The position numbers and the translations under genes were made by a program. A model generated the notes under the pieces. That model saw only the letters and a list, made by a program, of their open reading frames with translations, did not search any database and was not told the DNA's origin. 64,000 bases of DNA, taken from the NCBI RefSeq assembly GCF_000026545.1, contig NC_011601.1. One strand, written 5' to 3'. This document shows positions 34,686 through 45,370 of this stretch, piece after piece. Origin of the DNA: Escherichia coli O127:H6 str. E2348/69. GTDB taxonomy: Bacteria; Pseudomonadota; Gammaproteobacteria; Enterobacterales; Enterobacteriaceae. Numbering within the stretch: position 1 is the first letter of the stretch; each line of letters opens with the position of its first letter.

Positions 34686-35813
34686 ATGTCGTGCCCGGTT
34701 ATTGAGCTGACACAACAGCTTATTCGCCGCCCTTCCCTGAGTCCTGATGACGCAGGATGCCAGGCTTTGTTGATTGAACGTTTGCAGGCGATCGGTTTTA
34801 CCGTTGAACGCATGGACTTTGCCGACACGCAGAATTTTTGGGCATGGCGTGGGCAGGGTGAAACGTTAGCCTTTGCCGGGCATACCGACGTGGTGCCGCC
34901 TGGCGACGCCGACCGTTGGATCAATCCGCCGTTTGAACCCACCATTCGTGATGGCATGTTATTCGGGCGCGGTGCGGCAGATATGAAAGGCTCGCTGGCG
35001 GCGATGGTGGTAGCGGCAGAACGCTTTGTCGCACAACATCCCAACCATACGGGACGACTGGCATTTCTGATCACCTCTGATGAAGAAGCCAGTGCCCACA
35101 ACGGTACGGTAAAAGTCGTCGAAGCGTTAATGGCGCGTAATGAGCGTCTCGATTACTGCCTGGTCGGCGAACCGTCGAGTATCGAAGTGGTTGGTGATGT
35201 GGTGAAAAATGGTCGTCGCGGATCGTTAACCTGTAACCTTACTATTCATGGCGTGCAGGGGCATGTTGCCTACCCACATCTGGCTGACAATCCGGTACAT
35301 CGCGCAGCACCTTTCCTTAATGAATTAGTGGCTATTGAGTGGGATCAGGGCAATGAATTCTTCCCGGCGACCAGTATGCAGATTGCCAATATTCAGGCGG
35401 GAACGGGCAGTAACAACGTTATTCCGGGTGAACTGTTTGTGCAGTTTAACTTCCGCTTCAGCACCGAACTGACTGATGAGATGATCAAAGCGCAGGTACT
35501 TGCCCTGCTTGAAAAACATCAACTGCGCTATACGGTGGATTGGTGGCTTTCCGGGCAGCCATTTTTGACCGCGCGCGGTAAACTGGTGGATGCGGTCGTT
35601 AACGCGGTTGAGCACTATAATGAAATTAAACCGCAGCTACTGACCACAGGCGGAACGTCCGACGGGCGCTTTATTGCCCGCATGGGGGCGCAGGTGGTGG
35701 AACTCGGGCCGGTCAATGCCACGATTCATAAAATTAATGAATGTGTGAACGCTGCCGACCTGCAGCTACTTGCCCGTATGTATCAACGTATCATGGAACA
35801 GCTCGTCGCCTGA
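34686..35813 (+). CDS. dapE: succinyl-diaminopimelate desuccinylase DapE
   Basis: 375-aa M20 peptidase-family ORF recognised as DapE. Confidence 0.95.
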
Positions 35814-35840
35814 TGAGTGGTTCTGCAAGAGGAAATAAGC

Positions 35841-36041
35841 ATGGACTGGCTGGCTAAATATTGGTGGATTCTGGTGATTGTCTTTTTGGTAGGCGTCCTG
35901 CTGAACGTGATTAAAGATCTCAAGCGCGTCGACCATAAGAAATTTCTCGCCAACAAGCCGGAGCTTCCCCCGCATCGTGATTTCAACGATAAATGGGACG
36001 ATGACGACGACTGGCCGAAAAAGGATCAACCGAAGAAGTAA
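35841..36041 (+). CDS. ypfN: small membrane protein YpfN
   Basis: Start placed at ATG 35841 ([14 protein letters not shown]...) giving 66 aa; the ORF track starts at an upstream GTG at 35817. Confidence 0.8.
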
Positions 36042-36048
36042 GCTAAGT

Positions 36049-36110
36049 GGCCGGATAAGGCGTTAACGCCGCATCCGGCCATGATGCCTGATACGGTCTT
36101 ATCAGGCCTA
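36049..36110. repeat. REP pair (BIME)
   Basis: gccggataaggcgttaacgccgcatccggc followed by gcctgatacggtcttatcaggcctac. Confidence 0.8.
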
Positions 36111-36121
36111 CCCGGCTATTA

Positions 36122-36820
36122 TTACATCATTTCAATCACATCATCATCGCCAGGCTTACCGCCGCTTAGCGCTTCGTCGAAATAATGTTTCGGAATGGTA
36201 TAACGCAAGTGATCCAGGGCTAATTGCATACTGCGATTGTCGATCGCATGGCCTAAATCCTCCACGATATCCAGCGTCACATCGCCACCGGCACTGATTA
36301 ACGCTTCCTGCGCCGCAACCGCATGCGCCAGATCGATAACCGGATCTTCACCGCCATGAATCAAGTGAATTGTTGTGGCTGTAGACGCGGTTTCCGGCAG
36401 GCTCGCGTAGCGTCCGTTGAAGGCAATGACGCGCGAAGCAAGGCCCGGTTCGGCTTTAATGCTCTCCAGCGCCATAATCGCGCCTTGTGAGAAACCGATT
36501 AGCGCCGTGGCATTAGCCCCTACTCCGCTTTGTTTCTGCCAGTAGCGCACCGTCTCAATAAACGTCGGCATGATAGCATCCACACGCGCCTGGCGATTAT
36601 CTTCCGTAATACCCTGCACCGAAAACCACTGACGCCCCGCCGGATTACCGCTCGGCTCCGCGCCACCGACACTCACCACCAGCGCATCAGGAAACAGCGG
36701 CGCAAACCAGCTGCCTATTTCCCCCATTGCCACCGGGTTATCCCCGACACCGTGGAAAAGCAGTAACAACTGTTGTGCTGGTTTATCCGGGCTTTGAACA
36801 ACAAAATGGTCATGTTTCAT
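36122..36820 (-). CDS. ypfH: esterase YpfH (alpha/beta hydrolase)
   Basis: Start placed at the internal Met (MKHDHFVV...) giving 232 aa; GFSQG serine-hydrolase motif. Confidence 0.88.
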   Translation of the reverse strand: MKHDHFVVQSPDKPAQQLLLLFHGVGDNPVAMGEIGSWFAPLFPDALVVSVGGAEPSGNPAGRQWFSVQGITEDNRQARVDAIMPTFIETVRYWQKQSGVGANATALIGFSQGAIMALESIKAEPGLASRVIAFNGRYASLPETASTATTIHLIHGGEDPVIDLAHAVAAQEALISAGGDVTLDIVEDLGHAIDNRSMQLALDHLRYTIPKHYFDEALSGGKPGDDDVIEMM

Positions 36821-36893
36821 GGCGAACTCCTTAACTGATGTCATTAATTTTACGCCGCTGACTCACAATGACCATGGGAGAAAATTGAAGGAG

Positions 36894-38909
36894 TCAGTGA
36901 AAAAATTGCCATTGCGTTATGCGATCGCGCAGACGCTCAGTGCGAACATCATCAAGTGCGAATAGCGCCTGCGCGGCCTCTTCCCGCTGGCGAACCAGTA
37001 ACAGCTTACGGCCTGAAAGTTTAAGTGTGGTACATAACTGCGCGTCACTGGCGTTTTTCTGTAAACGCCCACGCAGCGCCGGTAATGCCAGTTCGCTGGT
37101 TTGTAACAGACGCATTAAGCAACCTAACGACGTTAATAGCGGACGATGAGCGAAAGCAAAACCGGCCAGTTCAAGCCAGTCGTCGTCAGAAAGGACGGCA
37201 TCGTTTAGTGGATCAACAGGAAGCATTTCGCCATTCCACTGCGCGAGAACTTGCGCATCGCGACGTAAACGGTAATGCTCACGTTCAGCCAGCTGTTTAC
37301 CCGCATCACTCATCGGTAACAGCGCCATCGCCGTATAGCAACCGCTGCTGGCTTCACGATGATTACCCATTCGCACCAGCACAAAACCGCAGCGTTGCCA
37401 GAAACGCCATAATTCCCCGGTGTAACCAAAACTCACCGAAAGATAGTCGAGGTCCTGCGTATATTGCAAAGCACCAGCAATAAGTTGCCGCCCTGTGCCT
37501 TCCCGCTGACGCGCCGGATGAACTGCTATCCGGCTGACCCGCCGTCCACGCAATGTCGCTGCCAGTGGATTGCTGCCGTGCGCCGCCAGCGACTGGGCCA
37601 CCAGATTACCCCGTGGACGACGATAACCCGCCCATACCGCCTGACTGAGTTCTTGAGATAATCCACCCTCATCCACCAGCCACAGCGCTCCGGCAATCTC
37701 GTTTTCGCCAGCCGCCTGTAAAAAATGTTGACCTGGTGCATCCATCATGCGGCGTAAATCCAGCGGCGAAGTCCGGTAGTGCGCACCAGACAATAATTGA
37801 TAAACCTTTAACGGCGTTTCTGGCTCGCTTCGCCATAACGTCTGTTCAAATGCGGAAATAACGATATTGCCTTGTGGTGTATGGGTGAAGTTTTCATCGT
37901 CAAACACCAGTGCCTCACTAACCATTTTTTCCAGCGGGCATCCCTGCGCCCAACGGATCGGCTGTTGTAGTTCAAAACGGTGTAAATGCGGAAAGCGAGC
38001 GCAAAATTTCAGCAAAAAACCACGTCCGGTGCCTTCGTAGCCCTGCACCGTAGTGGTTAACAACGTTCGAGGAAAACGCGATACCAGTTGATGCAACAAC
38101 GGCGCAGGTATAGCTGCGGCTTCATCGACCACCAGCCAATCGGCTTGCTCATCGCTGGCTAACAAGGCATCCGGTGCAATAAAGCGAAACTTCTCGCCCG
38201 CAAATTGTGCCAGTACATCCGTTGCCGCTTTTGCGGGCGCGGTGACAATCGCACTGCCCGCAATACGAGAAATGAGTTGCCCTGCCAACGCCGACTTACC
38301 GCGCCCACGCGCAGCAGTTACCGCTGCCACGCCCGGCGGCATGGTCAGTAGCTGCTGTAAGAGTTGCTGTTGTTCTGGTTGTGGTGCGCCGGTAGCGGGG
38401 TGCCAGTCAGTACGGGGAGTAAAATGCGCCAACGAGAACGGCTGGTTTTGCCGCCAGAGGATGGCGTCGTTATTCGCCGTAAGTACACGTTTGAGGTGCA
38501 GGACAAAATGCGGCGTCGCAATAGGGTCAGGGCAATCACTCCAGCGCAGCGAGTCGGCATCAGGTTGGTTTTCCCACTCATCCCATACAGGGAGTAACAA
38601 CACCAGCCAGCTTCCCGCTTTCAACGTTCCGCTAAGTGCCGCAAAGGCAGCGGCATCAAAGCCGTGGCGGGCGTCGAATACCGCATGCCGGAACTCGCGC
38701 CCAAGTAAAGTTTGTAGTGCCGAGGGAGAACAGTGGTTTTCAGCATCTGGCTGCGGCGAAATCCACAGCCAGTCGCCAGGTAAGGCATCACGCAACTTAA
38801 GCGCATGATCAAAACACCAACGCTCTTCCCCGCTCAACACCAGCAAGCGGCGGATCCCTTCACGTTTCATTTGCGCTGTTAATGTGTGAAGCGCAGTCAG
38901 TTCAGCCAT
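36894..38909 (-). CDS. tmcA: tRNA(Met) cytidine acetyltransferase TmcA
   Basis: 671-aa ORF with helicase-like P-loop (GRGKS) and C-terminal acetyltransferase domain. Confidence 0.92.
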   Translation of the reverse strand: MAELTALHTLTAQMKREGIRRLLVLSGEERWCFDHALKLRDALPGDWLWISPQPDAENHCSPSALQTLLGREFRHAVFDARHGFDAAAFAALSGTLKAGSWLVLLLPVWDEWENQPDADSLRWSDCPDPIATPHFVLHLKRVLTANNDAILWRQNQPFSLAHFTPRTDWHPATGAPQPEQQQLLQQLLTMPPGVAAVTAARGRGKSALAGQLISRIAGSAIVTAPAKAATDVLAQFAGEKFRFIAPDALLASDEQADWLVVDEAAAIPAPLLHQLVSRFPRTLLTTTVQGYEGTGRGFLLKFCARFPHLHRFELQQPIRWAQGCPLEKMVSEALVFDDENFTHTPQGNIVISAFEQTLWRSEPETPLKVYQLLSGAHYRTSPLDLRRMMDAPGQHFLQAAGENEIAGALWLVDEGGLSQELSQAVWAGYRRPRGNLVAQSLAAHGSNPLAATLRGRRVSRIAVHPARQREGTGRQLIAGALQYTQDLDYLSVSFGYTGELWRFWQRCGFVLVRMGNHREASSGCYTAMALLPMSDAGKQLAEREHYRLRRDAQVLAQWNGEMLPVDPLNDAVLSDDDWLELAGFAFAHRPLLTSLGCLMRLLQTSELALPALRGRLQKNASDAQLCTTLKLSGRKLLLVRQREEAAQALFALDDVRTERLRDRITQWQFFH

Positions 38910-38923
38910 CCCTGCCCCGGAAG

Positions 38924-39787
38924 TTAAATGCTTTTACCAAAAGTATTGCATTGTGCCGGATCGCCGCTGTCGAAACCACGTTTAAACCAGCTGTAGCGTT
39001 GCTGAGAAGTGCCATGAGTGAAACTGTCTGGTACTACTCGCCCCTGACTTTGCTGTTGTAAACGGTCATCGCCGATGGCCTGCGCCGCGTTCAGCGCCTC
39101 TTCCAGATCGCCAGTTTCCAGAACACCTTGCTGCTGCATACTATGCCCCCATACACCGGCAAAACAGTCGGCCTGGAGTTCCATACGCACAGATAAGCGG
39201 TTTACTTCCGCCTGCGTCGCGTTTTGTTGCAGTTGACGAACTTTCGGCTCGATGCCTAGCAGTTTCTGCACATGATGACCGACTTCATGAGCGATAACGT
39301 ACCCCTGGGCAAAATCGCCATCCGCGCCAAGTTTGTCTTTCATGTCATCATAGAAGGAGAGATCGATATAAACTGTGCCATCCGCCGGGCAATAGAATGG
39401 CCCCATAATGGACTGTCCCGCCCCGCAGCCGGTACGCGTCATTCCACGGTACATGACCAGCTTCGGTTGCTGATAGGTTTTACCCATCTTCTCGAATTGC
39501 TGTCCCCAGGTGTCTTCCGTGGTTGCCAGAATCACCGAGGTGAATTTTGCGGCTTCGTCTTCATTAGGGCTAATTGACCGCGTTGATTGCTGTTGGGAAA
39601 CCGGCTGTCCGGTCATCAACCCGGTTAAATCAACGCCATAGTAGCCTGCAACCAGCACGACTATCAGTAAAATCAGCCCGCCTTTACCGCTTGGCAGGCG
39701 AAAACCGGGACCGCCCATAGACGGACCACCAGAGCTGTTGCGCCTGTCTTCAACATTGTCACTTTCACGTCGCCCTTGCCAACGCAT
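38924..39787 (-). CDS. ypfJ: putative zinc metalloprotease YpfJ
   Basis: 287-aa ORF with N-terminal TM segment and HExxH motif (HEVGHH). Confidence 0.88.
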
Positions 39788-39954
39788 AGATACCTCAACA
39801 TTATATTCATTATAGAAATGATCGTAGGTGGTTCAGAGGAAGATTACCACAGGAAAGCGGGATGAAATGGCGGAGGAATGAGCGTTCAATGCACATCTTA
39901 TGAGAGCGGTTGTCTTGCCGTGCCAGCAGCACGGCAAGATGATGAACAGAAAAA

Positions 39955-40668
39955 TCAGTCCAGCTGTACACCCAGGCGGCGGGCAACGGCTTCATAGGCT
40001 TCGATCAGGCCACCGAGGCTCTGTCGGAAACGGTCTTTGTCCATTTTCTCCAGCGTTTCTTTGTCCCACAGGCGGCTGCCGTCCGGGGAGAACTCATCGC
40101 CCAGAACCACTTCGCCTTTGTACAGACCAAACTCCAGCTTGAAGTCGACCAGAATCAGACCTGCATCATCGAACAGTTTTTTCAGCACGTCGTTCGCTTT
40201 GTAGGTCAGCTCTTTCATACGCGCCAGATTCTCTTTGCTCACCCAGCCAAAGGTTTCGCAGTAAGATTCGTTGACCATCGGATCGTGCATGGCGTCGTTT
40301 TTCAGGAACAGATCGAACAGTGGCGGGTTCAGCTCAATACCTTCTTCGATTCCAAGACGTTTCACCAGAGAGCCAGCAGCACGGTTACGCACGACACACT
40401 CAACCGGCACCATATCCAGCTTTTTCACCAGACATTCGGTATCGGAGAGCAGACGCTCCATTTGAGTCGGGATACCCGCTTCAGCCAGTTTGCTCATAAT
40501 GAAGTAGTTGAACTTGTTGTTCACCATACCTTTGCGATCAAACTGCTCAATGCGCGCGCCATCCCCTGCTGACGTATCATTGCGGAATTCGAGCACCAAC
40601 AGGTCCGGGTTTTCCGTGCTGTATACGGTTTTCGCTTTACCACGATACAACTCAGCTTGCTTTTGCAT
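39955..40668 (-). CDS. purC: SAICAR synthetase PurC
   Basis: Start placed at the internal Met ([16 protein letters not shown]...) giving 237 aa; the ORF track extends to 40677. Confidence 0.93.
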
Positions 40669-40722
40669 CTTTATCACTCCTGGGTGTGAATTAACGTTTT
40701 AAAATCTTTTGCTGTCTGGTGT

Positions 40723-40777
<55 letters not shown>

Positions 40778-40821
40778 ACAAATTTCGTGCGAATTACCGC
40801 TAAAATCGCGTTTTTCTGTCG

Positions 40822-40837
40822 ACGCACACGTTTGCGT
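40822..40837. promoter_or_regulatory. candidate PurR operator (PUR box) for purC
   Basis: acgcacacgtttgcgt, 15 of 16 matches to the palindromic PUR box ACGCAAACGTTTGCGT; about 150 bp upstream of the purC start. Confidence 0.5.
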
Positions 40838-40845
40838 ATCATATC

Positions 40846-40873
40846 AGAAAAAAGGGCCGGATGACTCCAGCCC
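40846..40873 (-). terminator. rho-independent terminator after bamC
   Basis: On the minus strand, hairpin GGGCTGG-agtcat-CCGGCCC followed by TTTTTTCT, just after the bamC stop. Confidence 0.6.
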
Positions 40874-40880
40874 TGTATTT

Positions 40881-41915
40881 TTACTTGCTAAACGCAGCCT
40901 GGAAGACAGCTACCAGCGCGTCGTTCTGACTCTGAGTCAGAGTATGACCTTTCGGATCGATGAACTGTAGGCTGCTGCGGTTATCTAAATCGCCAACCTG
41001 CAGTTTATAGTCACCGGATGCCAGACCTGGATCGCTCGCGCCCAGTTCGTGCCATTCGCTGTCAGACAGCGGCTTATAAGTTACGGCCATGTTGCCCTGC
41101 GAACGGGTGCTGTCGGTCACTTTCATGCCCACTTTTTCCAGCGCAGCTGGCAGACGTTGCCAAACCACATTGAACGGCCCGCGTACGACCAGCATTGGTA
41201 AACCGGTGTCATCAGCTGCACTTTGTACGTCCATAGTGGTGGAGGCACGATTTTGCGCAGCGTTCGCGGCGTCAGTGGCAGATTTATCCAGACCGGCGGA
41301 AATAACGTTCATCATCTCCGTGCTGTAACGCTGCATAGAAGCCGCGTCTGCAACCGGTTTGCCCGCCTGTTCCAGGTTCAGCAGTTTAACCGTAACCGCC
41401 TGCTGATAACCCTGCGGCTTAACAGAGATTTGATAACGACCACGATACTGCTCGTCTTCGTCCAGACGGTTCCATTGTACCCAATCGGTGGTCAGTGTCT
41501 GACCAGCATCATCACGTTGGGTGATGGTGTAGTTTTTCGCCTGCAGCACGCTAACCACCTGCGGCCACAGAGTATTACCACGACCATTTTCCACCAGCAA
41601 TGAAGCGGTATCGCCCGTGAACTGGGTGCGCGCGCCAGAAACCAGTGCCAGCGGCTGGGCTGGTGGACGAATGTCCAGCGCCTTACCGACGGCACCACTA
41701 CCGTTGGTCACCGGGATTGCATAATCGCCGGAGGTCACCGGCAAGATCATTCCAGCCGGGGCATGAAGCTCCGCAAGCGGTGCCGCTTCCAGGTAGGCTT
41801 CATCACCACTGACCTGACGCTTATAGCGTGAGTCAGAACTACAGGCAGCGAGTAATAAAACAAGCGAAACACCCGCAACCTTTGCCAGGCGCGACTTTTG
41901 AACAGAGTAAGCCAT
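40881..41915 (-). CDS. bamC: outer-membrane assembly lipoprotein BamC (NlpB)
   Basis: Start placed at the second Met (MAYSVQKS...); lipobox LAAC. Confidence 0.93.
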   Translation of the reverse strand: MAYSVQKSRLAKVAGVSLVLLLAACSSDSRYKRQVSGDEAYLEAAPLAELHAPAGMILPVTSGDYAIPVTNGSGAVGKALDIRPPAQPLALVSGARTQFTGDTASLLVENGRGNTLWPQVVSVLQAKNYTITQRDDAGQTLTTDWVQWNRLDEDEQYRGRYQISVKPQGYQQAVTVKLLNLEQAGKPVADAASMQRYSTEMMNVISAGLDKSATDAANAAQNRASTTMDVQSAADDTGLPMLVVRGPFNVVWQRLPAALEKVGMKVTDSTRSQGNMAVTYKPLSDSEWHELGASDPGLASGDYKLQVGDLDNRSSLQFIDPKGHTLTQSQNDALVAVFQAAFSK

Positions 41916-41931
41916 CAAATCTCCCTAAACT

Positions 41932-42810
41932 TTACAGCAAACCGGCATGCTTAAGCGCCGCTCTGACCGTCTCACGACCACTGTCGGTGATTGGTGTCAT
42001 TGGCAGGCGCAGCGTATCGGTCGCCACAAGACCCAGTTCCTTACATGCCCATTTCACCGGGATTGGATTGGGTTCGACAAATAGTTTGTTGTGTAATGGC
42101 ATCAGACGCTGATTAATAACGCGTGCCTCGGCAAAATGCCCTTCTGCTGCCAGTTTGCACATCTGGGCCATATCACGCGCTGCGACGTTAGCCGTAACGG
42201 AAATAACCCCATGACCGCCTAATTGCATGAAGTCCAGCGCGCTCGCATCATCGCCGCTCAGCAGAACAAAATCATCTGAAACCAGCTCTTTGATCTGGTT
42301 TACACGCGTTAAGTTCCCTGTTGCCTCTTTGATTCCGATAATATTTTTTACTTTCGCCAGACGGCCCACCGTTTCCGGGAGCAGATCGCAGCCAGTACGG
42401 GACGGCACATTATACAGAATTTGCGGCAGGTCAGTATGTTCAGCGATGGCTTTGAAATGCTGATACAAACCTTCTTGCGACGGACGATTGTAGTAAGGGG
42501 TTACCGTCAGGCAGCCGACGATACCGCTGTCATTGAAGCGCTGCGTCAGGCTAATGGCTTCCGCAGTAGCGTTAGCACCGGTCCCGGCAATCACCGGAAT
42601 GCGCCCGTCAGCCAGCTCCAGCGTCATCATCACCACATCAGCATGTTCGTCATGATTTAAGGTAGCGGACTCGCCAGTGGTGCCAACAGAAACGATCGCC
42701 GAAGTACCGCTGGCGACATGATAATCAATCAGTTTTTTCAAGCTAGCCCGACAGACATTACCTTTTTCATCCATCGGAGTAACAATCGCGACAATACTTC
42801 CCGTGAACAT
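41932..42810 (-). CDS. dapA: 4-hydroxy-tetrahydrodipicolinate synthase DapA
   Basis: Start placed at the internal Met ([17 protein letters not shown]...) giving 292 aa. Confidence 0.93.
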   Translation of the reverse strand: MFTGSIVAIVTPMDEKGNVCRASLKKLIDYHVASGTSAIVSVGTTGESATLNHDEHADVVMMTLELADGRIPVIAGTGANATAEAISLTQRFNDSGIVGCLTVTPYYNRPSQEGLYQHFKAIAEHTDLPQILYNVPSRTGCDLLPETVGRLAKVKNIIGIKEATGNLTRVNQIKELVSDDFVLLSGDDASALDFMQLGGHGVISVTANVAARDMAQMCKLAAEGHFAEARVINQRLMPLHNKLFVEPNPIPVKWACKELGLVATDTLRLPMTPITDSGRETVRAALKHAGLL

Positions 42811-42955
42811 GGGCCATCCTCTGTGCAAACAAGTGTCTCAATGGTACGTTTGGTATGGCATTAAAAGCAAGCAGACAGAACCGTTCTGATTGTTGTATGC
42901 ATGTTTTTTTTATGCTTTCCTTAAGAACAACTCACCCCTTGAAGGAATAACCAGT

Positions 42956-43528
42956 TTGACACTGTCATCGCAACATTATCTGGTGATCACTGCGTTGGGT
43001 GCCGATCGCCCTGGAATAGTGAACACCATCACCCGTCATGTCAGTAGTTGCGGCTGTAATATTGAAGACAGTCGCCTGGCGATGCTGGGAGAAGAGTTCA
43101 CGTTTATCATGCTGCTTTCCGGTTCATGGAATGCCATTACTCTGATTGAATCAACGTTACCGTTGAAAGGTGCCGAATTGGATCTTTTAATCGTGATGAA
43201 ACGGACAACAGCCCGTCCGCGTCCGCCCATGCCAGCATCGGTCTGGGTTCAGGTCGATGTGGCCGACTCTCCGCATTTGATTGAACGCTTCACAGCACTT
43301 TTCGACGCGCATCATATGAACATTGCGGAGCTGGTGTCGCGCACGCAACCTGCTGAAAATGAACGGGCTGCGCAGTTGCATATTCAGATAACTGCCCACA
43401 GCCCCGCATCTGCGGACGCAGCAAATATTGAGCAAGCGTTCAAAGCCCTATGTACAGAACTCAATGCACAAGGCAGTATTAACGTCGTCAATTATTCCCA
43501 ACATGATGAACAGGATGGAGTTAAGTAA
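42956..43528 (+). CDS. gcvR: glycine cleavage system transcriptional repressor GcvR
   Basis: Start placed at an in-frame TTG (MTLSSQHYLVITALGADRPGIV...) giving 190 aa; the ORF track extends to 42890. Confidence 0.85.
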   Translation: MTLSSQHYLVITALGADRPGIVNTITRHVSSCGCNIEDSRLAMLGEEFTFIMLLSGSWNAITLIESTLPLKGAELDLLIVMKRTTARPRPPMPASVWVQVDVADSPHLIERFTALFDAHHMNIAELVSRTQPAENERAAQLHIQITAHSPASADAANIEQAFKALCTELNAQGSINVVNYSQHDEQDGVK

Positions 43529-43998
43529 TGAATCCACTGAAAGCCGGTGATATCGCACCGAAATTTAGCTTGCCGGATCAAGACGGAGAACAAGTTAATT
43601 TGACCGACTTCCAGGGACAGCGTGTTCTGGTTTATTTCTACCCGAAAGCCATGACCCCCGGCTGTACCGTACAGGCCTGCGGCTTACGCGATAACATGGA
43701 TGAGTTGAAAAAAGCGGGCGTTGATGTGCTGGGTATCAGCACCGATAAACCCGAAAAACTCTCCCGTTTTGCGGAAAAAGAGCTGCTTAACTTTACGCTC
43801 CTGTCTGATGAGGACCACCAGGTGTGCGAACAATTCGGCGTCTGGGGTGAAAAGTCCTTCATGGGCAAAACCTACGATGGTATTCATCGCATCAGCTTCC
43901 TGATTGACGCTGATGGCAAAATCGAACATGTCTTTGACGATTTCAAAACCAGCAATCACCACGACGTTGTGCTGAACTGGCTGAAAGAACACGCCTGA
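43528..43998 (+). CDS. bcp: thiol peroxidase / peroxiredoxin Bcp
   Basis: 156-aa ORF with peroxiredoxin motif (PGCT); start overlaps the gcvR stop. Confidence 0.93.
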   Translation: MNPLKAGDIAPKFSLPDQDGEQVNLTDFQGQRVLVYFYPKAMTPGCTVQACGLRDNMDELKKAGVDVLGISTDKPEKLSRFAEKELLNFTLLSDEDHQVCEQFGVWGEKSFMGKTYDGIHRISFLIDADGKIEHVFDDFKTSNHHDVVLNWLKEHA

Positions 43999-44016
43999 TT
44001 ACTTTGCTCCATTCCG

Positions 44017-44041
44017 TGCTGGCTGCGCTTGCGGCCAGCAC
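44017..44041 (+). terminator. hairpin after bcp (possible terminator)
   Basis: gtgctggc-tgcgcttgc-gccagcac perfect 8-bp stem; weak U-tract. Confidence 0.4.
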
Positions 44042-44096
44042 ATCTCACATCTTCTCACTGCCCTGCAACACTCGTTTCAAATTTTTTCGCTGAAGG

Positions 44097-45158
44097 TCAG
44101 TCTTGCGCGATTTGCCCATCAGGCCAGGCGTGAATCACGGCTTTGATCAGCGTCGCCAATGGAATAGCGAAGAATACGCCCCAGAATCCCCACAAACCAC
44201 CGAAGATCACCACCGATAAAATAATCACCAGAGGATGCAGGTTAACCGCTTCGGAGAACAACACCGGTACTAACAGGTTGCCGTCCAGCGCCTGAATAAT
44301 CAGATACACCGCGAAACAGCTCCAGAATTCCGTGCCAGCACCAAACTGGAATAGCGCCACGCCAATCACCGGAATGGTCACCACAAATGCGCCAATGTAC
44401 GGAATAAGTACCGAGAAGCCGACCAGCACCGCCAGCAGCAGCGAATAGTTCAGCCCGAAGAGTAAGAACCCCAGCCAGGTGGCGATCCCTACCACGATCA
44501 TCTCCAGCACTTTGCCGCGGATATAGTTGGTGATTTGTTGATTCATCTCCTTCCACACCTGTCCTGCCAGTCCACGGTTGCGCGGCAGCACCCGGCGAAC
44601 GGCGTTCAGCATCTGCTCTTTGTCTTTCAGCAGGAAGAAGACCATCAATGGCACCAGCACCAGATAGACGGCAATGGTCAGCAAACCGACCAACGAGGCG
44701 AGGGAAATTTTCACCACCGAATCGCCCATGGTCAGCATCCGACTGCGCATATTTTCGGCCATTGCATCAATAATGCCCGCATCCATTAACGCCGGATAGC
44801 GGCGCGGCAACGTGGCGGCAAAGTCAGAAAGCTTATTGAGCATCCCCGGCATATCGCGGATTAAGTAGATGCCCTGCTGCCAGGCAATAGGCAGAACCAC
44901 GAACGCCATCAGTAGCAGGATGCCCACAAACAGGATCAGCACGATAGATGTCGCCCAAGGGCGGGAACAGCCAATAGACTGCAGGCGGACAGTCGGCCAT
45001 TCCAGTAAATAGGCCAGAACAATAGCCACCAGCAACGGAGCAAGCAGTCCACTAAAGAAAAAGATAATGCCAAATCCGGCAACTAAAATAACCAGCAAGG
45101 CAATCGCTTCCGGATCGCTAAAACGGCGGCGATACCATTGCATCAACATTTCGAGCAT
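44097..45158 (-). CDS. perM: AI-2E-family permease PerM
   Basis: 353-aa polytopic membrane ORF recognised as PerM (YfgO). Confidence 0.9.
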   Translation of the reverse strand: MLEMLMQWYRRRFSDPEAIALLVILVAGFGIIFFFSGLLAPLLVAIVLAYLLEWPTVRLQSIGCSRPWATSIVLILFVGILLLMAFVVLPIAWQQGIYLIRDMPGMLNKLSDFAATLPRRYPALMDAGIIDAMAENMRSRMLTMGDSVVKISLASLVGLLTIAVYLVLVPLMVFFLLKDKEQMLNAVRRVLPRNRGLAGQVWKEMNQQITNYIRGKVLEMIVVGIATWLGFLLFGLNYSLLLAVLVGFSVLIPYIGAFVVTIPVIGVALFQFGAGTEFWSCFAVYLIIQALDGNLLVPVLFSEAVNLHPLVIILSVVIFGGLWGFWGVFFAIPLATLIKAVIHAWPDGQIAQD

Positions 45159-45370
45159 ACAGACCTTCCCTGAACCTCAAGAGCGGGATTGCGATCCGCA
45201 ATTGTATCGAAATGTCACAAAAAAGACTTCGCTTTTTATGACGGATTCAGGAAACTGAAAAGTCATTTGAGTGGGCTAATCTTCGCCGTTACACTCAAAG
45301 GCGGCGCGGTGGGAACGATATTTCACAGTATCGGTCAAATGACTATCTCCAGAAATACAGGATAGAGGTT

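Noticed and set aside
39911..39938. Perfect 10-bp-stem hairpin cttgccgtgc-cagca-gcacggcaag downstream of purC as a terminator
   Set aside because: No U-tract follows on the purC strand; possibly an mRNA-stabilising stem-loop, but not callable as an intrinsic terminator
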